This document shows positions 28,007-40,511 of a stretch of DNA of 64,000 nucleotides, piece by piece. The notes under the pieces were generated by a model. That model saw only the letters and a list, made by a program, of their open reading frames with translations, was not told the origin of the DNA and ran no database searches. Every line of letters begins with the position of its first letter. Position 1 is the stretch's first letter. Source of the DNA: the human T2T-CHM13v2.0 reference genome, Homo sapiens. The stretch lies in assembly GCF_009914755.1 (NCBI RefSeq), contig NC_060927.1; one strand, given 5' to 3'. The translations under genes and the position numbers were made by a program.

Positions 28007-29890
28007 ATTAGGATTGTGTATTCTATTCCTGTGAAGAATGTCATTGGTGTTTTTATAGGGACTGCACTGAATCAATAGATGGCTTTGGGGAGTATTTTTC
28101 CTTGTAGAGATCTTTTACTTCTTTAGTTAAACTGATTCCTACATATTTTATTTGTAGCTATTGTAAATGGGATTGCTTTCTTGATTTCTTTTTCAGGATT
28201 ACTCTTAGCATACTGATTTTTATGTTGATTTTGTATCCTGCAACTTTAATAAATTGTATGGAACCACAAAATCATCTAAATAGTTAAAGCAATACTCAGC
28301 AAAAAGAACAAAGCTGGAGGTATCACACTATATGATTTCAAATTGCACTGCAAAGCAATAGTTACCAAAACAGCATGGTACTAGCTAAAAAACAGACACA
28401 TAGACCAATGGAACAAAATAGAAAACCTAGAAATAAATCCATGCACTTACAGCAAACTTATATTTGACAAAGACACCAAGAACATACATTGGGGAAAATA
28501 CAATCTCTTTAACAAATGGTTCTGACAAAACTGGTTGTCCATATTCAGAAGAATAAAATTAGATACCCATATTTTACTGTATACAAAAATCAACTTGAAA
28601 GATTAAACACTTAAAGATAAGACCTAAAACTATAAAACTACTAGAAGAAAATATTGGGGAAACACTCCAGGATATTGATCTGAGCAAAGATTTTTGACTA
28701 AGATCTCAAAAGCACAGGCAATAAAAGCAAAAAGAGGCAAATGGAACTACACCAAGCTAAAATGATTCTGCACAGCAAGGAAAGAATTAACAAAGTAAAG
28801 AGAAAACCTACATAATGGAGGAAAATATTTGCAAACTAGCAAGCTGACAGGGGAATAGTAACCAGAATATACATAAAACTCAACTCAATAGCAAAAAAAC
28901 ACACAAAAAACCCCACAAATAATTCAATTTAGTAATGGGCAAAATATCTGAATAGACATTTCTCAAAAGAAGACATACACATGGCCAATGGGTATATAAA
29001 AAACATGCTCAACATCATTAGTCATCAGAGAAATGCAAATTAAAACCACAGTGAGATATCATCTCACCTTAGTTAGAACGGCTACTCTTAACAAGACAAA
29101 AGATAACAGGCTGATGGGGATGTGGAGAAAGAGGAACATTTGTACACTATTGAGGGGAATGTAAACTAGTACAGTCACTATTGAAAATAGTATGGAAGTT
29201 CCTAAAAAAACTGAAAGTACAACTACTATATGATCCAGCAATCCTATTTCTGGGTATCTTTCCAAAATAAAGGAGATCAGTATATTGAAGACATATCTGC
29301 ATTCTGTGTTTATTACAATACTATTTACAATAGCCAAGACATGTAATCAACCTAAGTGTCCATCAATCGGTAAATGGACAAAGAAAATGTGGCATATATA
29401 CACAACAGAATATTATTCAGCCATAAAAGAAGAATGAAATCCTGTCACTTGCAGCAACATGGATGGAACTGGAAGTCATTATGTTAAGTGAAATAGCCAG
29501 GCATGGAAAGACAAATATTGCATGTTCTCCTTCATATGTGGAAGCTAAAAAAGTAGATCTCACTGAGTTAGACAGTAAAATGGTCACTACTAGAGACTGA
29601 GGAGGAAAGGGGAGTGGGAGAAATGAAGACAGGTTAGTTAATGGGTAAAAAAATAAAGTTAAATAGAAGAAATAAGTTCCAGTATTTGATAACACAGTAG
29701 GGAAATTATAGTTAACAATATTTTCTTACATGTTTCAAAGTAGCTAGAAAATGTTTTCAACACAAAGAAAAGATAAATGTCTGAGGCAATGGATATCCCA
29801 ATTACTCTGATTTGATTATTATACATTATACACATGCTCCAAAATATCACATGTACTCCCAAAATATGTACATCTATGTTAATAAAAATA
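28007..29890 (+). mobile_element. L1MA4/5-like LINE-1 with 5' inversion
   Basis: Antisense ORF2 ~28007-28250, then sense ORF2/3'UTR from tgtatggaaccacaaaa to aataaaaata. Confidence 0.88.
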
Positions 29891-30039
29891 TCCAAAGTTA
29901 TAAGTTTATACAGTAAAAAGTACATCTTTAATTAGTAAACCCCAGTTTTCCTCCTAAGAGAAAACTCAGACCACTGGTTTCTTATTCCTCCTTGTAGATA
30001 TCCCCTACACACTCAAACATACACACACATCTATTTTTT

Positions 30040-30450
30040 CTTACCCACTCCTTAACAATCTCCCCTTCTTTATGATGGAAGTCTGTTCTTTTCAGGGTAG
30101 AAATGTGCCCAACTAAAACATAGCAGTTCCAAGGTACCTTTCCATTTGGATGGCTGTTCAATGCAATTCTGGCCAATGAGAGGGAAGCAGAAATTGATTA
30201 TTGGTTCTTTCAGGAATGTTATTTGGAAGATTGAAAAATGTACAGTCTAATTCTCTCGGGTTGAAATATCAATAAAATGTTGGAAATGGAAAAGCCGTCT
30301 TACAATAAGTAGGGAGTAAACCACACGTGAGAATTAATGACAGAGAGACGGAAGAAGCCTGAATCCTTGCTGGTGGAATGGCATCACAGTGGTAGCTCTA
30401 GACTACTTTTACATTAGAAAAATAAAATTCCTAATTTATGCTTCATCCTT
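30040..30450 (+). mobile_element. LTR33/LTR16-like ERVL LTR remnant
   Basis: aatgtgcccaactaaaa...aattctggccaatgagag motifs. Confidence 0.55.
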
Positions 30451-30479
30451 TTATAGAAGCATAATATTCTATTTTATAG

Positions 30480-31990
30480 ATGTGATATAATTTCTTTCCA
30501 GACTTCCATTAAAGTCCAGTTAGGTTGTTTTAATGCTCCCAATAAAGAATATTTCACAATAGATATTCAGATACATATCATTCTACGCAGGAGCCACCAT
30601 ATGTGCATGATAAATTCCTAGAAGCTGAATTGCTTGGCTAAAGGGCACATACATGTAAAAAGCTTAGACGTTGTCAAATTACTTATAGAAAATTCCACTT
30701 TATTGACATCAATTCATGAAAAAGCAGGTTTTTCCACACCTTTATTAATGTAACATATCAAACTTTTAGGTTTTGTTTTCTAAACTGAAGGTAAAAAATC
30801 ATATCTCAATATAGTTTTAACTTAAATTTCTTGCATTACAAATAAGGTTGAAATGTTTTCATTTGCTATAGAGCTATTTATTTTCCCTTTTCGCAGTCTT
30901 TGGCATCTTGCGCCCAAATTTCATTGGATTCCTTATTACTTAATTATTCAAATGAAATATTCAAATATTATTAAAATAATGCCTATAATTTTATGTCATT
31001 TACAGATCCCTAGCTTTTAGTTTATCTCTTACTTTTTTCCTTTTTTAATCCATGCAGAATTCTATAGCATTTGTGCAATTGAATTAGTTTTTTTAAATGG
31101 CTTCTAGATTCACATCTGACCTGCAAACGCTTTTCTCACTCAGATTATAAAAACATTCTCCTATGGATTGAAAAGTTTGATCCATTTTGGAATTCATTTT
31201 GATGTAGCCAAATGTGAGGTAAGGATTCAACTTCATTTTCTACCAAATGTTTACTCAGTTGTTCCAACATATTTATTGAATAAATGCTTTACCTCCACTA
31301 TTTCTAATGCCACCTTCATCATATACTAAAGGCCTGTATATATCTGAATCTATTTATGGCCCTTTCAGTCTATTGTATTAATCAGTCTGTCTATCCATGT
31401 GCCACTATGCTGTTTTAATTATTGTACCACTATAATGTGCTTTAATTGGGCTTGCTCCTTCCTTATTATTGTCATCTTTCAGAATTTTTCTTGCTCTACT
31501 TACTTGTCTATTTTTATACATTAACTTTAGAAACAGCATATCCACTTCCAAAAAACATCCTTGTCTTATAAATTTAAAACTAAATATATACACTAAGGAA
31601 AATCTTTAAGAGGTTGTGTCTTACTAAAAATATATTATATGCATTTCCACTTAATTGAATATTATATTGTTTCTTCAGTAGTATCTTATGATTTTTTCTT
31701 ATAGATCTTATGCATTTCCTGTTATCTTATTCCATTTCACTTTTGTCCCTATTGTAAATGCAGTATCCCTTTTACCACTTATAATTGTTTTGATACATGA
31801 TGGCAGGTGATTTTGATATAGTAACATATCCCAAACAAACTTACTAAATGTATTTATTGTTTGTGAAGCCTTTTAATTCATTTTCTTAAACTTCCCAGGG
31901 AAACAAATATGTCATTAGCAAATAGTGATAATTTATTTCCAATTTTTAAGCTAATTATTGCTTCTCTTTGTCTAATTGCAATGGGTACAG
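30480..31990 (-). mobile_element. Ancient L1ME/L1MC fragment
   Basis: Antisense ORF2 motifs (cagttgttccaacatatttattgaata, ccaccttcatcatatactaa). Confidence 0.65.
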
Positions 31991-34779
31991 TAACAGTTCA
32001 AATTCAAATAAGGGCTCTAGTTTAGTTGCAAAAATATTAATATGCTTTCCCAATTTGGCTCCCTATAACCACTACCAATACTATTAAACTTGCGCTAGTA
32101 TAGCCTTTTCTTGGAAGATCTTAACAATTCATTTAAAATGCATGTTAATTATAACTGTCTTTTGATGAAAAACAAGGCCGTAGAGAAAGGTAAAAGTGGT
32201 GATAAATATAAAACTATATTCAAAGCCAATGAAATGCCTAAATAATAAAAATATTTATAAGCCCTAGCTAACAGCTCCACCTTTCTAAGTAGTATTCATG
32301 GCAACAAAATTCAAGGTAAAAAAGTACATTTCCCTAGAGTTTAATGTAAAAAAAATTTGGAAAATTTCTTACTCTAATGAAAATATATGTTCACATCTAA
32401 TATAGTGCTTTATAGTTATGTTCAATACTTTTATTGGAATTGAATTTTAATATTTAATGTAGAACATTTTATGTATAAGTAACTAGAAGCTTTAAGATAA
32501 CTAGATAACTTTTTAAAATTAGATAACTTTAAATAGAATTGTCAAATGTGGGCACTCTCTGCATTATTTGTTATATATCATATTGATTTTTTAAAGAACA
32601 GATAAGCAAATGGATAAAAGAAGCCATCATATAAGAAAAATGAAACATGTAACATAACGAATAAAATGAGATCAAAGATGGTAAAGTTGGTTTACTGTGA
32701 TGAATAGTTTACTTATTTCAAATGTTGATCTCAAAACTAATTTCACAGCAAATTCTTTTCTAAAAAAGAAAGAAAGAAAGAAGCATGTCATGGCCAATAA
32801 CTGCTGAAAAACTGTGGAGACTGGCACTTTCAAATGCTTGGCAGATTATTAAGCCAATTTTTGTTGAGTCCACTCTAGCTGTTGGAGGGTCTATGATTCC
32901 CAACTGTTTCACATCAGAGAATGAAAACAAGTAGGGCCCAGCCAAGACCACATTGGTAACTGCCAGCCCCTTTATATGCCAAACATGAAAGCAACAAGTC
33001 CAGATGCTTTGATCCTTGCATTTTTGGACTTAGCCCAATGTTATAGAAAAAAAGCACAACTCATGTTAGGACAACATACATTATAAGTAGAAATCAATCA
33101 ATAGCACTGTGACCTTCAAACTCAGTAAATGTTTGGAGTTAGTTTCAGAGCATGTAATCTAAACTGGGGATTCGAAATTGGAACTGGTCCTAAACTAACA
33201 GAAAAAAATGTATATTTCTAAAATATAGAGATTAAAGGAAGCAACAGATGAAGTTTTAATTTATATATGTATGTGTGCATATATGTGTATATACATATGT
33301 ACTTAAGAAGAATGTATTCTAATTTAAAAGACCCTAAATGGTAAGGAAAAGAAACCCACCACCACAGTGGAAACCTCTTTCCCTGCACGTAATTATAAAA
33401 GAAACTGAATTGTGAAGGGAAAATACATTGGAAGGAAATTATGAGCTTTCTCCCAATTTGGAGTAAGAGAATAATGAGATAATTTAATAAGTGAGTCACT
33501 TGGTTGCTAGGACACTGTTCTGACTTGTAGCACTGCTCTAGGCCTGCCAATTTATGAAACAATTGGCCCTCGTCTTGGCAAGGTTGTAGACCTACATTCC
33601 CCAACACAGGTACATTGAAGAACTGGCTACGACAGAGCCGAGCTGCGGAGATGATGGCCAATCTGAATTTGGACACAAGTTTAACTGCAGCCTCAATTCT
33701 TGTTTTTTTTAATCACTGTCTATGGTCAGGAGAGTTACCTGAAACAAATATTCTGGAATAGAGGAAATGTCAGTAAAAAATACCCTAGTTTAGGGGGCAG
33801 GATCTAGCACCAAGAGGTAAATAAAAACAATTTTGCATTATTTATTTAATTTTTTTAAATTTTACAATAATGAATTTACTGCATTGTCGCACAATTTCTG
33901 TCTAGACTACATTGTGTTAAAACCTTACCTTTTTTGTATTGTAAGCCTTTTGAATTGTTCCTGGCACCAAACAGACTGTTCTAGCACAAAACCTAATTTA
34001 CAGTAATGCCTAAAGTGTTCAAGAAGCTATCATTAAGATTTCTTTTTCTTTTCTCATTTTTTAAGGTATATGCTTCTCGGTCAGAAAATTAAATTAGTGG
34101 TGGTGATAATACATTGCAATCTTTACTGACAAGTGAGAAAGGCAATGCACAATGCACAGATAGTCTAACATTTTCAAAACCTTCCAGGAACTAAAGACAC
34201 CAGTTGCTGGAAGATCTGGTCTTGGCCTGTCAGCCTGCCAAAAAAAAAAAAAAAGTTATTTCCTACAATATAAACTGACTGAAAATGCCTCACAGTGTCT
34301 TCAAGAGAGCTGGGTCAGGGAAGGGAAGATGATCATACTGTTAGTTTGGCTGTGTTATCTGTATGTGTTTCGGCTGTTAAAAGCATACTCATGCACAAGG
34401 CAGAACCCATTAATGTATCTAAATAAGATAAGACAGTTAAGGCACGAGATCAGAACTTGGCCTATCTAAGTGAGCCTGTTTACCCAAGTGCTGAGAACAG
34501 CTTAATTCCGAACTTAGAAACATGGACATAACACCACAGAATTCATATTTTGCATTGAGACTTTTAATTTTTATTAGTCATTCCTTACATTGACTAATGC
34601 TCATATATCTTTATATGTATTCCACAATTGCAGAAGAATTCTTCTTTTAGGCCTATTTCTAAATAAATATATAAGTGGCAAGTGGACAAAAGCATACATC
34701 TATTCATTTATTCTTTCGTTGATCCCTTATGACTTGTGAAGGACTTTGTTGAAGGCTGAAAGGAATTTTAAAAGTAGAA

Positions 34780-34960
34780 AACAGTATGCTATAGTAGAAA
34801 GGTCAGAGACTTTAACATAACAATGTTTAGCTCAATCCCGGCTTTTCCACTTAATAAGGGTATGATCTTGAACAAATCACTTATCCTCCCTACATTTCAG
34901 TTCCATCATGTTTAAAACTGTAATAAGGGCACTTTCCTACTTTACTCTGTTCTTTGAGGT
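34780..34960 (+). mobile_element. MIR
   Basis: gatcttgaacaaatcacttatcctc...ttcagttccatcatgtttaaaact. Confidence 0.55.
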
Positions 34961-36459
34961 TTAAGAGAGATAATACGAAATAGGTAGCAATCCTTTGTAA
35001 ACTATAAACATGTCAACAACATAGGTATTACAAGGAAAGGATGTTTTTCCTGCTACAAAGGAGTTTCCATCAATTTCTGGAGGCAAGGCATCTTTACATA
35101 AAATGGTTTTGGTATTAGTTAAAGGAAATTTTTGATTAGTCACAGTAAATATTAAAAAAATAAAATAAAAAAACACAGAGGCATCAAGATTTGAGATGAC
35201 CCCAAAGGATGGGTTTGACTACACTAGGTTAAGAAAAAGAGAAAACATGTATAGTTAGAGAGTTCTGTGAACTACAATATGAAAGTAGAAATATAAAATA
35301 AAATATTTTCAGTCAATTATTTATGCACACAAAAACATTTGTTTAGTATGAAGAGAACGGTTTGACTGAAACACTTTTGAGGAAGATAGGAGACAAAATG
35401 TAGATCTTTCACTAAATTCTGACAGGCTATAAATCATTGTGAAAGCTGTGGCAACTCTGTCATAGTAAAGACGGTACAAGTAAAAGATATATATATATGA
35501 AAAAAATATATAAGAGAGGCTAACAGGAAATCTCTGTTCCAATTTTTCTAGCCCTAGTTTGCCAAGTAGGGAAGTAACACCCAAGACAAAATATAGTGAT
35601 GTATTTTTGGAAAAACTCCTGGCTTAGTTTTAGGTTTGGAATAACCTTGGAGGGGTATTTTGGACGGTGTATCTGGTCTACTTTGTATTGGCACCTATGA
35701 TGTTGTTCTGAAGTTAGGTGGCCCGCTCTGTCTTGTCAGAATACAGACAAATCTGGATATCAGTCAGATGGTCAAGAACACCAAGAAAGGCCTGAAAGAG
35801 GGTCACAGGTAGAGAAGGAAAAAAGGAGAAAGTTCAGTCTCAGCTGGAGTACATACAAGTGCAGGCCATACATGTGTTATATCTGTAGCCCAAAAGAGTC
35901 TGAATAAAGAATGTTGGGTTGCATCCAGTAACTGGGCTGGCCATGAACTTTTCAGACAGTTTAGTTGAAGGGACAGGAAGTGACAAATACAAGAAAGATA
36001 TAGGATATGAAAAATCAGAAAAGTGGAGATACAGCCTCAAGATGAAACCTATCTGGAGATCTGTAATGATCTGTTGTCTCAACTCTTCCTTGGTATCCTC
36101 TTTTTCTTCTTCCTCTTCCTCTTTTGCTTTCTCCAATTTCTCTGGTAAAATCATTTATCCTCTCTTCCCTCTCTCCCTCATTTTCTTTCCTAATTTCTGT
36201 TTTTGGTAACAAATTTTATTAACACAATTTACAGTTCAGGTTTGCATTTCAGGGTTTCTTGCTAACTGTTCTTAGAGAAAAAAATTTATTTAACAAATGG
36301 TGAATGTTTAAGAGTTTATAACAGACATTTTCATCTTCTGGTAATGGTAGGCTAGTGTATTGCAGAGGAACCCTCCCACCAAAAGTAAAAAAAAAACTGG
36401 GCAACACATAGACACACATATACACACAAATGCATCTCTCTCTCTTCCCCAACCACCCA

Positions 36460-36481
36460 GATAGATAGGTAGGTAGCTGGA

Positions 36482-36513
<32 letters not shown>

Positions 36514-36558
36514 TAGACAGACAGACAGATAGATAGATAAAGAGATAGATAGATAGAC
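36460..36558. repeat. Compound (GATA)n/(GACA)n tetranucleotide microsatellite
   Basis: Read directly. Confidence 0.95.
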
Positions 36559-37371
36559 AATAGAAAATTTTTGTGTTTAAGAATTGGGGAGCTATTAAGG
36601 CAGTGACAATTACAAAGGTCAAAATATCCAAGACACAGGGTTAGACAGAAGTAGAAAGATGAGCCCAATGTCCTGCACCATTTTCCCCCTGCCGTTTACT
36701 GATTCACGAGCAAAAGCAAAGAGGCAGAGAAGTTAAATAGATCTTTGGAAGGACTGGGTAGCAATAATTGGAGTTTAGGACTCATCAACAAGAAACCCTA
36801 GAAAAGACCCCAAGCTTTCAATTGGGCTTCCCCAAAGGGCCACACTTTAAGTATGGGGTAAAATGGAATTAGACTGGCCCTCACAAAGACTAAAGCCCAT
36901 CTGACTGGTTTAGAATAATCTATTTCTACCTTAACTGTCTGAAAGAGCACATAGTCCAAAACCAAGAAAAAAAAACAGACAAGAAAAGCAAACCCTGAAG
37001 AAATGTGGATATAGTAATTATCAGACATGGACATTAAAACAACCATAATTTATTTATTCAAGAAATCAGATGATAAGATAGAGGACTTCAGCATAGAACT
37101 GAGAGCCACAAAACAATAAAATAAAAATTTTAGAAATAAAAAATGTGATAATTGAAATTAAGAACACAATAGATGAGGTAAGCATCAACCAAGACACAGC
37201 TGAGGAGATTATTGAACTGAAATACAGGTCACAAAAAAATTATATACAGACTGAATCATGGAGAGAAAAAAGGGATAAAAGTAAACAAACAAAACTCCAG
37301 AAAACTACATAAAGGAAATTTAGGATGTGGTAGGGGGTAAATAAACAAAGCTTCTAAAGTTGTAATTAGCG

Positions 37372-37858
37372 TGAGAGAGAATTTTGCTTAGTCAAACTAG
37401 TCAGGCTTCTGAATCTTCTCCTAGGCCCATCTGTGCACTTCCTCATAAAACCCAGTTTTAGCAAAAGAACCCTGCTAAGTAAGTTTGGCCAAGACCTCTC
37501 ATCCTCAATATCTAATTATCCTTTATATCAGATCAGATTCTTCATCCTTCACCGTCCTCCACATGATGTCTGATCCCCTTGACCTGTCTTTAGTAAGAAT
37601 CCCCTTAGGTAAGTTTATTAAGAATATTCCTTAATATTCCTTACTGTTGATGCTTCCTCTTAGTAATTTTCCATCCACTGATCCTTCCACTGCTCCTTGG
37701 CTAAAAATTCCCAGTGGCCCATGCTGTATCTGTAGCTGAGTTCAATGTCACTCCCTTATTGCAAGACTCCCTTGCAGTGGTTCCCATACCTATCCCAATG
37801 GTCCTGAATAATGTCTCCCTTACCATCAAGTATCATTGAATAGTTTTTTTCTTTAACA
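37372..37858 (+). mobile_element. MER31-like ERV1 solo LTR
   Basis: tg...aaca ends; ctcctaggcccatctgtgcacttcct, gaaccctgctaagt, ttagtaattttccatccactga. Confidence 0.8.
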
Positions 37859-39058
37859 GATGTCCTAGAAAGAAGAGATAATTTTCTAAATCCTAACAAG
37901 AAAATCATTAAGTAGAGTCAAAAGTACTATGAACTCCAAAACATAAAATAAACCACACTTAGGCTCATCACAGTAAAACTTCAAACCAAGATAGACATAT
38001 TTCCTACAAATTAATAACAATAAGACTGATCAGCAGTGATGAAGATCAGAAGATAACGGGATGATATTTTCAACATACTGGAAAAAAATATAACTGCCAA
38101 CTGAGAATTCCACATCTTGGGAAAATATTCTTCAAAAAATGAGAAATAATAACATTTTATTATAAGCAGAACCTGAGAGAATGTATCATCAACAGACCCA
38201 CACTAAAGGCAATAATAGAAGGAGCTCCTCAGATAGAGAAAATGATTCCAGAGAAAGCATGAAAATGTGAGAAAGAATAATCAACCATGGAAAGGGTAAA
38301 GATGAGTGGAAATCTAAGGAAATATTGATTTATAAAAACATGAAAGATAATGTCTTATTGAATTTAAAACATATGTAAAATTAAAATATATGACAATAAT
38401 AAGATAATGTAAAAGACATGAAGATGATAAATGAAGTTAAAGTATTCTGTTTCTTGCATTTGGGGGCAAGGGTGAAACAATACCAATTGATATTAGATTA
38501 TTTTTTAAAAGAACAAATTTTTATTATATAGAGTAACCACTAAGAGAGTAGAAAAATGAATAATTAACAAGCTAATGGAAGACAAATTAAGACAAGAGAA
38601 AAGGAAAAGGAATGCAGAAATGTTGTAACAAATATAACAATAGTTAGATGGTAGATTTAAAACTAAATATATAAGAAAATATACTAAAGTAAAATGAAGT
38701 ATATGCTACAAAAAAGAAAAAGATTATCAGGCTGAATTTTAAAGAAAAGCAACAATAAAAATTATATACTATCTATAAGAGGCACATTTTAAAGATTAAA
38801 AAAGCTAAAAGTTGAAGGAAAAGAAATTTATATCTTGCAAACCATAAACAAAAGGAACCTTGTATAGCTATACTAATATCAGACAAAGTAGACTTGAAGG
38901 TAAGAATCATTACCAGAACTAAAATAGGAATTTTTTAATGTTCAAATTCTAAGTATGTTTCTATCTAATAAAAGCAAAACTGATAGAACTAGAAAAAATA
39001 TTAAATATCTACAATTGCTTTAATATTCTTCAATCTAAAACTGACAAAAGCAAATGGA

Positions 39059-39348
39059 GGCTGGGCGCAGTGGCTCACACCTGTAATCCAGGAATTTGAG
39101 AGGCTGGGGTGAATGGATCTTTTAAGCTCTAGAGTTCGAGACCAGCATGGGCAACATGGCGAGACCACATCTTTACAAAAAAAAAAAAAAATTAGCCAGG
39201 CAAGGTGGCACATGCCTGTAGTTCCAGCTACGTGGGAGAATGAGGCAGGAGAATCATTTGAACCCGGGAGTCAGAGGTTGCAGTGAGCTGAGATTGCATC
39301 ATTGCACTATAGCCTGAACCACAGAACAATACTCCATCTCAAAAAAAA
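39059..39348 (+). mobile_element. Alu (old J/S type)
   Basis: Dimeric Alu; TSD aaaagcaaat at 39046 and 39345. Confidence 0.95.
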
Positions 39349-40206
39349 GCAAATACACAAAAAAATCAATAAGGGTATAGAAGAATTGATAACATGACGA
39401 ACAAATTTGACCTAAACGGCATATGTAAAACATCATACCCAACACCTACAGAAGACATATTCTTTACAAATGGCCTTGAGACACTGATCAAAATTGAGCA
39501 TATGTTGTGTCACAAAGCAAATCTTAATTAAACTAGAAAACTGGAACCATTCAAAATATGTTCATTGGCCACAGTAGCATAAAACTACAAATCAATAATA
39601 AAAAATGGTTTTATGTTCCCAAATATTTGAAAATTAGCGATATACTTTTATATAACCTATACATCAAAGAAGAAATCACAGTGGAAATTAGAAAGAAAAT
39701 TAATTTAATGATTATCAAATATAAATATCAAAACTTTAAAACACAGAAGCTAAGTCCATGCTTAGAAAATATATACACTTAATTTCATGTTAGAAAAGAA
39801 GAAAGGTTAAAAAAGTATTTGCCAATCTCAAAACGTTAGAAAAAAAAGAACTAGAAGCCCAAAGAAAGTAAAAGAAAAGAAATTATATTATGGCAGTAGG
39901 AATTAATAAAATAAAAACAATTCTATAATAGAAAAATTCAACAAAAACAAATATTAATTATTTTTACTATAGAATTAATAGCAATAGGGCAACACTGTTC
40001 AAGAGAGAGGGAGAGCTTTAATAACCAATATCAGGAATCAAAGTGATAATGATGTTATTACAATCCCACAGTTACTGAAAAAATACAAAGTAATGTGAAC
40101 TATTTTAGGCCAATAAATGGGTAAATGTTTGGAAAAAACTTTACAGAAAGGTGTTCTAAATTAATTATTTGTTTAATAATAAAGTACCCTAAAGAAGAGA
40201 GTTTTG

Positions 40207-40511
40207 GGTCTGGGTGTGGTGGCTGATGCCTGTAATTCCAGCAGTTAGGGAGAGCAAAGTAGGAGGATCCCTTAAACCGAGGAGTTCAAGATCAGCCTGA
40301 GCAACATAGCAAGACCACATATTTGCAAAAAATAAAATTTTAGCCAGGAATGGTGGCAGGCACCTGTAGTCCTAGCTACTTGGAAGACTAACACAAGAGG
40401 ATTGCTTAAGCCCAGAAGTTGAGGGCTGCAGTGAGCTATGACTGCACCACTGCACTCTAGCCTGGGCAACAGAGCAAGACCCTGTCTCAAAAAAAAAGAA
40501 CAAAAAAAAAA
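40207..40511 (+). mobile_element. AluJ
   Basis: Diverged dimeric Alu with A tail. Confidence 0.93.

Larger units (their letters stand above)
36740..40140 (+). mobile_element. Ancient L1ME-type element (ORF1 to ORF2 endonuclease region) with nested LTR and Alu
   Basis: Degenerate sense motifs (ataattgaaattaagaac, aactgccaactgagaattc, ctaatatcagacaaagtagact). Confidence 0.7.

Noticed and set aside
33218-33676. 152-aa minus-strand ORF
   Set aside because: Non-ATG start, includes a (TA/CA) low-complexity stretch, and no recognisable homology.
35840-36154. ORF with acidic stretch MILPEKLEKAKEEEEEEKEDTKEE
   Set aside because: Arises from a low-complexity purine-rich tract. No recognisable domain, splice structure or retrocopy hallmarks.
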